From positions 256,001-320,000 of the forward strand of contig OZ254086.1 in assembly GCA_965267575.1 (NCBI GenBank): a stretch of DNA of 64,000 nucleotides, in the 5' to 3' direction. The position numbers and the translations under genes are program-made. The notes under the pieces were generated by a model. It did no database searches, was not told where the DNA came from, and was given only the letters and a program-made list of their open reading frames with translations. The first letter of the stretch is position 1. Each line of letters opens with the position of its first letter. Shown here piece by piece: positions 31,484-40,460 of this stretch. This DNA is from Calditrichales bacterium. GTDB lineage: Bacteria > Calditrichota > Calditrichia > Calditrichales > J004.

Positions 31484-32326
31484 ATGAAGAACTTAACGAC
31501 ACCATTAGGACTATTTGGACTTGCTTACCTGATTTACGGGTTAGTAATGAATATTCGAATGTTTACAGAACAAATGTGGCCGACTTATCTGTTCTTCATT
31601 TCAATGGGTATTGGAGTTTTCTTCTTAGCCATAAATAAGTTGACCAAAAGACTTCCTAAGTTTCAATTTTGGCAAATAATAATCGGACTTCTTCCTGTGA
31701 CAGCTTTCTATCTACATATGAAAGTTTGGAATCAAACTCACCCGACTGAGATAGCTGAAAATAGTTTAACAGAAACAAATCACAACTATCATAATGGCGA
31801 CATAATTTTTCAAACGTCAAAGTCTAGCCAAAGTAAAGCCATACAATTAGCGACAAACTCCAAATACAGTCATATGGGAATCATTTACGAAAATGATGGG
31901 CAGTTTTTCGTTTATGAAGCAGTTAAACCCGTGAAATTGTCACCACTCTCAGAATGGATAAATCGTGGAGAAAATGGACATTACGTAATTAAACGACTTG
32001 AAAACGCTGACCAGCTCTTGACCAATTCGACCTTGACCAAAATGAAGCAAATTGGAGAGCAATTTAAAGGGAAACCATATGACATTTACTTTGAGTGGTC
32101 AGACGACAAAATCTATTGCTCTGAACTCGTTTGGAAAATTTACAAGCAAGCAACAGACATTGAAATCGGAGAACTTGAGCAACTATCAGACTTTGACTTA
32201 ACAAATGATATTGTGAAAGCTAAAATGAAAGAAAGATATGGAGACAGTATCCCAATGGACGAAAAAGTGATTTCTCCGGCTGCTATGTTCAATTCAGACA
32301 AACTCGTAACAGTCAAAACCAACTGA
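31484..32326 (+). CDS. YiiX/YebB-family permuted papain-like enzyme with N-terminal membrane domain
   Basis: GDIIFQTS.S.QS.AIQLAT.S.YSHMG, YCSELVWKIY; three N-terminal TM segments. Confidence 0.88.
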   Translation: MKNLTTPLGLFGLAYLIYGLVMNIRMFTEQMWPTYLFFISMGIGVFFLAINKLTKRLPKFQFWQIIIGLLPVTAFYLHMKVWNQTHPTEIAENSLTETNHNYHNGDIIFQTSKSSQSKAIQLATNSKYSHMGIIYENDGQFFVYEAVKPVKLSPLSEWINRGENGHYVIKRLENADQLLTNSTLTKMKQIGEQFKGKPYDIYFEWSDDKIYCSELVWKIYKQATDIEIGELEQLSDFDLTNDIVKAKMKERYGDSIPMDEKVISPAAMFNSDKLVTVKTN

Positions 32327-32328
32327 CA

Positions 32329-32679
32329 ATGAAAAAATGGGTTTTCAGAATATCGATTTTGCTCAACATAGCCTTACTAATTGGCTGGGGTTTAAGCAGT
32401 CTAAATAGACCTTCATACAAATTAGGCCGTTTAGAAAAGGATATTACAGTTGGCAACTTTATGGGAGACTCTCTCTTATTTACGTTACCAAAAGGACTGA
32501 CAGTAAGAAATGCTTCAGAGCGCGGACTAAATGCAATTGGACAGTTTGAAAATAAAAGATTTCAAATCGTAATTTCTTCAGATGATGAACTTGTAAATTA
32601 TGATTTACCACTTGACAGTTTAGGTCCGAATGGCAATTACTATTCGGCTGACTTTGACAAGTATAACAATGAAAAATAA
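32329..32679 (+). CDS. Hypothetical membrane-anchored protein
   Basis: ORF 2 nt after the upstream stop, N-terminal TM, ends just before the attC-like site. Confidence 0.7.
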   Translation: MKKWVFRISILLNIALLIGWGLSSLNRPSYKLGRLEKDITVGNFMGDSLLFTLPKGLTVRNASERGLNAIGQFENKRFQIVISSDDELVNYDLPLDSLGPNGNYYSADFDKYNNEK

Positions 32680-32682
32680 AAA

Positions 32683-32757
32683 ATACGTGTGGCAACAACG
32701 GCTATAGCACATGCCCTTCGGGACACGTGCCATAGCCAAACCGTTGTGCGTCACCCT
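32683..32757 (+). mobile_element. attC-like site 1
   Basis: AAC-aac-GGCTATAGCACATGCCC-ttc-GGGACACGTGCCATAGCC-aaacc-GTT. Confidence 0.8.
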
Positions 32758-32871
32758 GAAAACCCACCGCACATTTAACACATTTGGTTTTTTGCCGACA
32801 CAAAAGCCATCCCTAAAAAACCAAAAGAGCTAAATCACCCACCGCTGACAAAGACGAACTGTTAAAAACTA

Positions 32872-32913
32872 TATTTAAGAATTTGCTTAAATAAGAAACA
32901 ATTTGTATCTTTG
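32872..32913 (+). promoter_or_regulatory. Bacteroidota-type promoter (TTTG-N20-TATCTTTG) overlapped by an ArsR-type operator palindrome
   Basis: TTTG 32882-32885, TATCTTTG 32906-32913; TATTTAAG-N6-CTTAAATA 32872-32893; similar palindrome at 33990-34011. Confidence 0.7.
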
Positions 32914-32992
32914 CTGCGTTATTAAATCCTAAACAGGAAACCGCAAGGTTCAATCTGACTGATTAAAACAATTAAAAAAACAGATTAATATT

Positions 32993-33370
32993 ATGGAAAA
33001 CAATCAATCGTGTATCAGAGTGTTTGCCGACAAGGTTCAAATAGACAATTGTAGAGAAATACTTCAAACCAATGACAAGGCATTCAGCCAACTGAGTGGA
33101 CTTTTAGCATTGGCAGGAAACGAAGTAAGGTTGAAAATCTTATTTCTCTTAGAAGAAGAAAACGAGCTTTGTCCTTGCGACCTTTCAGACATTCTCGGAA
33201 TGAGCATCCCTGCCGTTTCGCAACACCTCAGAAAACTAAAAGACGGAAACGTCATTGAAGGAAGAAGAGAAGGACAGACCATTTTCTACTCTTTGAAACA
33301 AGAGCAACTGACTTTACTTCGACCATTTTTTAAACACATCATAAACAATTCAAAAAAGGAAACAGTATGA
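32993..33370 (+). CDS. ArsR/SmtB-family metalloregulator
   Basis: RLKILFLL..ELCPCDLSDIL.MS.PAVSQHLRKLK; first gene of the mer operon. Confidence 0.92.
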   Translation: MENNQSCIRVFADKVQIDNCREILQTNDKAFSQLSGLLALAGNEVRLKILFLLEEENELCPCDLSDILGMSIPAVSQHLRKLKDGNVIEGRREGQTIFYSLKQEQLTLLRPFFKHIINNSKKETV

Positions 33371-33972
33371 ACAAGAAAAACAACAGACTTGTCGGAGCGG
33401 GAGTACTTTCGGCAGTAGCAGCATCACTTTGCTGCATTACACCTGTATTGGCTCTTATTTCAGGAGCATCAGGCGTGGCATCTACATTTTCGTGGATGGA
33501 ACCAGCAAGACCTTATCTTATCGGTATCACCGTTTTGGTGTTAGGCTTTGCTTGGTATCAGAAACTCAAACCACGAACAGCCGAAGAAATCCAATGTGAT
33601 TGCGAAGATGACGAAAAGAAACCCTTTATGCAGACCAAAACATTTTTGGGAATTGTAACCGTGTTTGCAGCCTTGATGCTCGCTTTTCCAAACTATGCAC
33701 ATATTTTCTATCCTTCAAACGACAATAAGGAAGTTGTAATCGTCAATGCCTCTGACATCCAAACAGTAACTTTTGATGTAAAAGGAATGACTTGCACTGG
33801 TTGTGCTTCACACGTAGAAAATGACGTTAACAAATTACCAAGCATTGTTAAGGTAGATGCGATTTATGAAGAAGCGACTGCCAAAGTAGAATTTGACCAA
33901 ACTAAAGTGAGTGTTGCTCAAATTGAAGAAGCCATCAACGGTACAGGTTACAAAGTGGTTGGCAAGAAATAG
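33367..33972 (+). CDS. merTP: Mercuric transport protein, MerT-MerP fusion
   Basis: AASLCCITP TM Cys pair, cytoplasmic CDC, C-terminal HMA GMTCTGC. Confidence 0.9.
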   Translation: MNKKNNRLVGAGVLSAVAASLCCITPVLALISGASGVASTFSWMEPARPYLIGITVLVLGFAWYQKLKPRTAEEIQCDCEDDEKKPFMQTKTFLGIVTVFAALMLAFPNYAHIFYPSNDNKEVVIVNASDIQTVTFDVKGMTCTGCASHVENDVNKLPSIVKVDAIYEEATAKVEFDQTKVSVAQIEEAINGTGYKVVGKK

Positions 33973-34019
33973 TATTTTTTTGCCTCTCGTATTTAAGAAC
34001 TTAATTAAATAATTACGCA

Positions 34020-34382
34020 ATGAAAAAGAATAATTTGATTCTATTATGTGCTTTGTTCCTTATTCGAATTAGTCAGGTCAATGCTCAATGTTGCAAACCG
34101 ACTGACAATAAAGCACAAACAACAAGTTCGATCCAGCAAGAAGGAAAAACCCTGATAGTGAAAATCACGGGAATGACTTGTGCAGGTTGTTCCAACCATA
34201 TCTCAAATGCCCTCAAAGAAGTGGAGGGAATTATGTAACACAAAGTGGAATATCCGGGCGATTTGGCAATTATTCAATACGACCCGAAGAAAACAAATCC
34301 TGATGCTATCATCAAGGTTATTGAACAGACAGGCTATAAAGCCGAAATCATAAAAGAAACTCAAAAAAAGAAATCATTATGA
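34020..34382 (+). pseudogene. Secreted HMA (MerP-like) metal-binding protein interrupted by an in-frame TAA
   Basis: Signal peptide, GMTCAGC; TAA at 34236-34238; the same frame continues HKVEYPGDLAIIQYDP..IEQTGYKA to a TGA overlapping the merA ATG. Confidence 0.8.
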
Positions 34383-36031
34383 ACAAAGAAACCATAAAAC
34401 TTGACATCACAGGTATGACCTGCGACCACTGTGCCACAAGCATTGAAAAACTACTTTCTAAAAATGAAGGTGTAAAAGAAGCTAATGTGAGCTATCCAAA
34501 AGCCACTTGTGAATGTTCTTTTGACCCTGCCAAAACCAGCAAAGAAGAAATCATCAACACCATCAACGGCACGAAAAACTATCGTGTAAAAAGTGAAATC
34601 CCAGAAAATGGAAGCAGTGGCAAAAACCAATTTGACCTTATAATAATAGGTGGCGGTTCGGCTGCATTTTCGGCAGCTATCAAAGCGGAAAGTTTAGGTC
34701 TATCGACTTTAATGGTAAACGGTGGATTGGACTTTGGCGGGACTTGCGTCAATGTGGGTTGTGTACCTTCTAAAAACCTAATCCGTGCAGGTGAAACTGC
34801 TCATCACGCTACGCATTCCAACTTTGAAGGCATCAAACCAATAGGAGTTGACATTGATTTTGCTCAAATCATCAAAGACAAGAAAAAATTAGTAGCCACA
34901 CTTCAAGAGAAAAAATATATGGATGTGGTGAGCGATTTTGAAAACCTGACTATGTTAAAAGGTTGGGCAAAATTCAAAGACCCAAAAACCATTGTAGTGG
35001 ACGGCAAGGAATATAAAGCCATCAAATTTTTAATAGCCACGGGAGCTACTACCAACATCCCGACTATTGAAAGATTGGACAAAATTGACTATTTGACAAA
35101 TGTTTCTCTTTTCGATTTGGAAGAAAAACCCGAAAGCCTGACCATTATGGGAGCAGGTTACATCGGCTTGGAAATCGCAATGGCTTACAATCGTTTAGGC
35201 GTAAAAGTCCGCATCATTGAATTTACCGACCGAGTATTACGGACACAAACCCCCGACATCAGCGAAGCATTGGAAACCCAAATGCGAAAAGAAGGTATTG
35301 AAATCTTACCAAATTTCAGAGCCGTAAAATTCGAGAAACAAGGAAATGAAACCATCATTCACTGTAAATGTCCTGACGGTTCATTTACGCAAATAGTAGA
35401 AAATGGGAAGGTCGTAATTGCCACAGGAACAAAAGCCAATACAAACCAATTAGGAATAGAAAACATTGGTTTGGAACTCACCAAAAGCGGACATATCGCT
35501 GTAAATGAAAAGATGGAAACTAATCTATCCCACATTTACGCAGCAGGTGACGTAACCAACACCCCTGCATTTGTTTACACAGCCGCCTTTGAAGGAAAAA
35601 TAGCCATTGAAAATGCTTTTTCAGGAACAGAAAACAAAGCCGATTATTCCTCTTTACCTTGGGTAGTTTTTACTGACCCACAAGTTGCAGGTGCAGGTTT
35701 AGACGAAGCACAGGCAGAAGTCAAAGGCATTCCGTTTGAAGTTTCAAAATTGGAACTGAAAGACGTGCCAAGAGCAATTGCAGCAAATGACACAAGGGGA
35801 TTTATCAAACTCATTCGCAACACCGAAACGGACAAATTGATAGGAGCGAGAGTGGTCGCACCCGAAGGCGGAGAACTTATCCAACAATTAAGTATGGCAA
35901 TCAAATACGGAATAACGGTGAAAGACTTAGCAGACAGTTTCTACCCTTATTTGACTTTGGGAGAAGGCATAAAATTAGCAGCCATAACTTTCGGAAAAGA
36001 CGTATCGAAATTAAGTTGCTGTGCCAGTTAA
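34379..36031 (+). CDS. merA: Mercuric reductase
   Basis: N-terminal GMTCDHC, redox GGTCVNVGCVPSK, FYPYLT, C-terminal LSCCAS. Confidence 0.95.
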   Translation: MNKETIKLDITGMTCDHCATSIEKLLSKNEGVKEANVSYPKATCECSFDPAKTSKEEIINTINGTKNYRVKSEIPENGSSGKNQFDLIIIGGGSAAFSAAIKAESLGLSTLMVNGGLDFGGTCVNVGCVPSKNLIRAGETAHHATHSNFEGIKPIGVDIDFAQIIKDKKKLVATLQEKKYMDVVSDFENLTMLKGWAKFKDPKTIVVDGKEYKAIKFLIATGATTNIPTIERLDKIDYLTNVSLFDLEEKPESLTIMGAGYIGLEIAMAYNRLGVKVRIIEFTDRVLRTQTPDISEALETQMRKEGIEILPNFRAVKFEKQGNETIIHCKCPDGSFTQIVENGKVVIATGTKANTNQLGIENIGLELTKSGHIAVNEKMETNLSHIYAAGDVTNTPAFVYTAAFEGKIAIENAFSGTENKADYSSLPWVVFTDPQVAGAGLDEAQAEVKGIPFEVSKLELKDVPRAIAANDTRGFIKLIRNTETDKLIGARVVAPEGGELIQQLSMAIKYGITVKDLADSFYPYLTLGEGIKLAAITFGKDVSKLSCCAS

Positions 36032-36040
36032 TCCGACCCA

Positions 36041-36106
36041 AAGGCACACACTCTTGCAACTCGCACCAGCCAACGCTTGACCAAAAATTGCAAGAGAGAG
36101 TGCCTT
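36041..36106. other. Long imperfect hairpin after merA
   Basis: AAGGCACACACTCTTGCAA ... TTGCAAGAGAGAGTGCCTT. Confidence 0.6.
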
Positions 36107-36159
36107 CCCTACCCCAAAAAATCCTACCTTTGAAAATTGACTAAACCGACTTAAAATAA

Positions 36160-36299
36160 AGGGCGAACGCACAACATTGTGTATAAGCAATAGCGGGTGA
36201 AGTGGTAAATCGAAGGTCTGTGTCTTTTATAAACATTGTGCTAAACTGAAAGTTTTGTACTTTTAAATCCGCTACTGCTCATACACTTGACCGTTAAAC
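36160..36299 (+). mobile_element. attC-like site 2
   Basis: AAC-att-GTGTATAAGCAATAGCGG ... CCGCTACTGCTCATACAC-ttgacc-GTTAAAC. Confidence 0.8.
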
Positions 36300-36636
36300 T
36301 AAAATAAACAACCCAATCATATCCCCCTTCCCCCACACAACTTTCAATAAAATCCGTTATGCCGTCACGAACCGCCAGGGACATATGAATAATGCCGCGT
36401 TTAACCTTCCGGTCAGAACGGCAAAACCACACTGCTGACAGAATGATGCTAAAAGAAGCTGTCACTGGTTCCTCACGGGTGGCAAATCCTGAACCCACGG
36501 GCAACTCTTCCATTCGTAATTTTCACATTCCTAATTCGTAATTGAATACACTTGTATGTTTCCTGTGGCGCAGATATTTTCGGTTTAATTAAATAGCCCA
36601 TAACTACAGGCCGGCTACACGGAAAGCATTCTCATC

Positions 36637-37629
36637 ATGTCCGAAGAAAATAATCTTATGAAAGCCTTTAGATTTAAGAAATACGGGTTGCCCACTGTGC
36701 TTGAGATTGAAGAAGTTGCAAAACCGGTACCGGGCGACGAGGAGGTGCTGGTGAAAATCCACGCCGCTGCCATCAATGACTCGGATTGGGGACTGGTAAG
36801 GGGCAAGCCATTTGTGATTCGTCTGTTCTACGGTCTTAAAAAACCAAAAATAAATATTCCGGGCGTGGATATTTCAGGCAAAGTAGAAGCGCTGGGCAGT
36901 AACGTGAATTCCTTCAAAGTCGGTGATGAGATTTACTGCGACTTGTCGGAATGCGGCTTTGGCGGGTTTGCCGAATATGTGTGTGTTCCGGAAAAAGTAT
37001 TATCCAAAAAGCCTTCCAACATTAGTTTTAATGATGCCGCTGCTCTGCCCCACGCCAGTCTGCTGGCACTTCAGGGACTGGTGGAAAAGGGAAAGGTCAA
37101 ATCCGGACAGAGTGTCCTCATCAACGGTGCCGGGGGAGGTGTGGGCACCCTGGGACTGCAAATCTTAAAATCATACGAGCTCAAAACTACAGGCGTCGAC
37201 AGCGACGAAAAACTTGATATGATGAAAGCGTTGGGATTTGACAACGTGATCGATTATAAAAAGGTGGACTTCACCGAAACCGGAGAAAAGTATGACCTGA
37301 TCCTTGATGCAAAATCAAACAGGTCCGTATTTAAATACGCTCGCTCGCTCAAAAAGAACGGCACTTACGTCACAGTCGGTGGATCGATGTACCGGTTGTT
37401 CGAAATACTATTGCTGGGGTCACTCATTTCGCTTTTCAGCAGCAAGAAGCTGAGCGTACTGGGCCTTAAACCCAATAAGGGACTGGACCGGATTTCCGAT
37501 CTTGTGGAAAAGGGACAAATAAAACCTGTTGTTGACGGCCCCTATAAGTTTGATGAAATCCCGCGGCTGCTTCAATACTTTGGTGAAGGCAGGCACAAGG
37601 GAAAGATTGTGGTTGAAATAAAAAAATAA
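36637..37629 (+). CDS. NAD(P)-dependent alcohol dehydrogenase/quinone reductase (MDR family)
   Basis: EVLVKIHAAAIND.D, GGFAEYV, VLINGAGGGVG, GKIVV. Confidence 0.88.
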   Translation: MSEENNLMKAFRFKKYGLPTVLEIEEVAKPVPGDEEVLVKIHAAAINDSDWGLVRGKPFVIRLFYGLKKPKINIPGVDISGKVEALGSNVNSFKVGDEIYCDLSECGFGGFAEYVCVPEKVLSKKPSNISFNDAAALPHASLLALQGLVEKGKVKSGQSVLINGAGGGVGTLGLQILKSYELKTTGVDSDEKLDMMKALGFDNVIDYKKVDFTETGEKYDLILDAKSNRSVFKYARSLKKNGTYVTVGGSMYRLFEILLLGSLISLFSSKKLSVLGLKPNKGLDRISDLVEKGQIKPVVDGPYKFDEIPRLLQYFGEGRHKGKIVVEIKK

Positions 37630-37653
37630 TGTCACAAAAAACGATATACTCCG

Positions 37654-38085
37654 ATGAATTATCCAGGCTTAAATACCTTCCCTGTTAAAACCTTCGATAA
37701 AATCCGCTATGCCGATACGGACTGCCAGGGGCATGTGAACAATGCCGCTTTTTTGACCTTCCTGGAAACGGGCCGCGTGGAGATTTTATACAACCCCGAA
37801 AACGCCCTTCTCGCGCAAGGGGCCAGCTTTGTCATTGCCTCTCTGAAGCTGGATTTTCTGAAAGAGATCAACTGGCCCGGCCGGGTGGATATCGGCACGG
37901 GGATTTCCAAAATCGGCAACAGCTCGATCACCTTTTACCAGCAGCTGTTTCAAAACGGAGCCTGTGTCGCAAGTGCTGAAACGGTTATTGTGCAGGTAGA
38001 TGACAATAATGGCAAAAGCAAGCCTTTAACGGAGGGCGCAAAGAAAAGGCTGGCCGCTTGGCTGTTGGCCGAGAGCAAAGCCTGA
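37654..38085 (+). CDS. Acyl-CoA thioesterase (4HBT/YbgC hot-dog fold)
   Basis: IRYADTDCQGHVNNA.F..FLETGR. Confidence 0.9.
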   Translation: MNYPGLNTFPVKTFDKIRYADTDCQGHVNNAAFLTFLETGRVEILYNPENALLAQGASFVIASLKLDFLKEINWPGRVDIGTGISKIGNSSITFYQQLFQNGACVASAETVIVQVDDNNGKSKPLTEGAKKRLAAWLLAESKA

Positions 38086-38101
38086 ATGGGTAGAGTAATC
38101 T

Positions 38102-38142
38102 TCAAACGCATCAGGTATGATTTGTTTTTTATTTTTAACAAG
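38102..38142 (-). pseudogene. Frameshifted 5' remnant of a second cassette integrase
   Basis: Aligns to the integrase start (LLKMKRQIILSAFE) with ATG>ATA and a 1-bp deletion. Confidence 0.7.
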
Positions 38143-38213
38143 ATATATTCCGTGTCACACGAAACTAAAACCAATACATATTCGCGTTATACGCATTCGT
38201 ATAGCAAGACGTT
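38133..38213 (+). mobile_element. attI-like primary site (copy 2)
   Basis: TTTTAACAAGATATATT..GAAACTAAAAC.A.TACATATTCGCG.TATACGCA.TCGTATAGCAAGA.GTT shared with 31390-31470. Confidence 0.75.
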
Positions 38214-38279
38214 GGGGGCAATGTAGAAACGAACGACACAGAACAAGGTAAGCCGACAAATTAGAAGTAAATTAGCAGC

Positions 38280-39578
38280 ATGGAAAATGAAGTACAAGAA
38301 CCTCAATTAGAACTCTTCAAAAGAGAGACAAATAATAACGGAAAGGCAGATTTGACTTCAACCTTTGCAGACAACATGAAACTGCCTATTCATAGGTGGT
38401 ACAGGTATACAGCAGGCTTCTCAGGACCTTGGGTAAGAGAATTGATTGAAAGTGAAAATGGACAAAACGTACTCGACCCTTTCGGTGGCTCGGGTACAGT
38501 GATGCTTGAAGGTGAATACGCAGGAATTAATTCAATTGGAATTGAAGCTCATCCTTACGTTTATAGAATCGCAAAGGCAAAACTATCTTGGCAAATAGAC
38601 CCTAAAGATTTCAAAGAATCTGCAAAACAGCTACTCGAAAAAGCTAAGTCAAAGAGAATCGATAAAAAGGAGTATCCTAAACTTATTGAGAAGTGCTATC
38701 CCATTGAAATACTCGAAAAACTTGAAGCATTAAAAGTAGCTTGGATCGAATCAACAGATGACACAATTCTCAAAGAACTCAATTGGTTTGTTATCACAGC
38801 CATTCTCAGAACAACTTCGCCAGTTGGAACTGCACAATGGCAATATATTCAACCTTCAAAGACCAAAGGAAAAGTCATTGATGTGTTTCATGCTTTTGAA
38901 GCTAAGGTGTACGAAATGGCTCAGGACATGCAAAATATGCAAAGACGTTTTCCCAACGCAACAAAGAGCGAAATTTTCATGGAAGATGCCAGACATATGC
39001 CTTCCGTTGCAGACAATTGGGCCGATCTTGTAATAACGTCTCCACCTTACGCTAACAATTATGACTATGCAGATGCGACAAGACTTGAAATGACTTTTTG
39101 GGGAGACATTGATGGATGGGGAGATCTGCAAGAGAAGGTTAGAAAATTTCTTGTAACTGCTTGCACACAACATGTTACTAGCTTAAAGGATAAAGCGTCC
39201 GAGATATTAGAATCGCCATTGTTGACACCAATTAGACAAGAGATTACTGATGTGTTTAATGAATTGGCTGAAACAAGGTTAACTCGGGGTGGCAAAAAGA
39301 ATTATCACTTAATGATAATTGCATATTTCAAAGACCTTGCGGAAGTATTTCACGAGTTAAGAAGAGTAACAAAGAAGGGATGTAAGGTATGTTTTGTCGT
39401 TGGCGACAGTGCTCCATACGGAGTTTATGTGCCAGTCGATAAATGGTTAGGTGAACTTGCAGTTTATGCAGGTTTTGAATCATACGAATTTGAAAAACTT
39501 CGTGATCGTAATACAAAATGGAAAAACAGAAAACATAGAGTCCCTTTGCATGAAGGAAGACTTTGGATAAAAGGATAA
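38280..39578 (+). CDS. Amino-DNA methyltransferase (probably N4-cytosine)
   Basis: HRWYRYTAGFS, motif I VLDPFGGSGT, motif IV DLVITSPPY. Confidence 0.88.
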   Translation: MENEVQEPQLELFKRETNNNGKADLTSTFADNMKLPIHRWYRYTAGFSGPWVRELIESENGQNVLDPFGGSGTVMLEGEYAGINSIGIEAHPYVYRIAKAKLSWQIDPKDFKESAKQLLEKAKSKRIDKKEYPKLIEKCYPIEILEKLEALKVAWIESTDDTILKELNWFVITAILRTTSPVGTAQWQYIQPSKTKGKVIDVFHAFEAKVYEMAQDMQNMQRRFPNATKSEIFMEDARHMPSVADNWADLVITSPPYANNYDYADATRLEMTFWGDIDGWGDLQEKVRKFLVTACTQHVTSLKDKASEILESPLLTPIRQEITDVFNELAETRLTRGGKKNYHLMIIAYFKDLAEVFHELRRVTKKGCKVCFVVGDSAPYGVYVPVDKWLGELAVYAGFESYEFEKLRDRNTKWKNRKHRVPLHEGRLWIKG

Positions 39579-40456
39579 TGGCAAAATCACCAGCACATAA
39601 ATGGGGGCAAATAATAGGAGACTTTCTTGAAGAAGTCTTTGCTACTGAACTTTCAAAGTTTGCCCGAAAACATAAGTTATACTTAGACACTCAAGGCGAC
39701 CGTCCGGCTCGATCAGGGAAAAAGGTGAGTTGGATTGACACATTTGAAAATTCTCATGACTTGGATTTTGTTCTTGAAAGAAATGGAACGAAAAACAAAA
39801 TTGGAGACCCAGTTGCATTCATTGAAAGTGCTTGGAGAAGGTACACCAAGCATTCAAGAAATAAAGCTCAAGAAATCCAAGGTGCTATTTTACCATTAGT
39901 AGCTACACATAAGAATTTTGCTCCTTTTATGGGAGTTATGTTAGCAGGAGAATTTACAGGCGGAGCATTGAATCAATTAAGATCATTAGGCTTCCATGTT
40001 CTTTACTTCCCTTATGATTTGATTCTTCAGGCATATAAAAAGTATGGCATAGATGCAAGCACTGAAGAAAACACGACTGAGAAAGATTTTCAAAATAAAA
40101 TTGACAAGTGGGAGAAATTTGATGATAAAAAGAAGTTGGCCAATTACCTTCTGAGACTGAATAAGGTTGAAGTAGAAACTTTTTTTGAAAGTCTTGAAAA
40201 GGCCGTATCAAGGTATATCGAATCAATTAGTGTTTTGCCTTTGCATGGAGCTTCAAATACTTTGACAACGGTTAAAGAAGCGATAGACTTTATTGAAAGC
40301 TACCAAAACGAAAATGGAAGCCTTCCTGTTTTGAAATACGAAATTGTAGTTCGATACAATAACAAGGACAAGGTTGAAGGTATTTTCAATTCAAAAGAAT
40401 CTGCAATTGAGTTTCTTGAGTCGTATGCTGCTCCTAAACCTAAGGACAAAAAATAA
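39578..40456 (+). CDS. Putative type II restriction endonuclease (PD-(D/E)xK-like)
   Basis: TAATG coupling to the MTase; E..HDLDFVLE..AFIESAWRRYTKHSRNK acidic motif. Confidence 0.7.
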   Translation: MAKSPAHKWGQIIGDFLEEVFATELSKFARKHKLYLDTQGDRPARSGKKVSWIDTFENSHDLDFVLERNGTKNKIGDPVAFIESAWRRYTKHSRNKAQEIQGAILPLVATHKNFAPFMGVMLAGEFTGGALNQLRSLGFHVLYFPYDLILQAYKKYGIDASTEENTTEKDFQNKIDKWEKFDDKKKLANYLLRLNKVEVETFFESLEKAVSRYIESISVLPLHGASNTLTTVKEAIDFIESYQNENGSLPVLKYEIVVRYNNKDKVEGIFNSKESAIEFLESYAAPKPKDKK

Positions 40457-40460
40457 AAAA

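Larger units (their letters stand above)
31468..32745 (+). mobile_element. Gene cassette 1 (YiiX-like + hypothetical gene)
   Basis: Starts GTTGCCACACATAT; ends ATACGTGTGGCAAC (13/14 reverse complement) followed by an attC-like hairpin. Confidence 0.8.
32743..36295 (+). mobile_element. Gene cassette 2 (mer operon, about 3.55 kb)
   Basis: Starts GTTGTGCGTCACCCT; ends AGGGCGAACGCACAAC (reverse complement with one bulge and one mismatch) followed by an attC-like hairpin. Confidence 0.8.

Noticed and set aside
34236-34238. Programmed recoding (Sec/Pyl) in the HMA gene
   Set aside because: The codon is TAA, not TGA or TAG, and not at a metal-ligand position.
36399-36405. GTTTAAC as the closing end of a tiny cassette starting at 36293
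   Set aside because: Only a 7-bp match with no following attC-like hairpin; likely chance.
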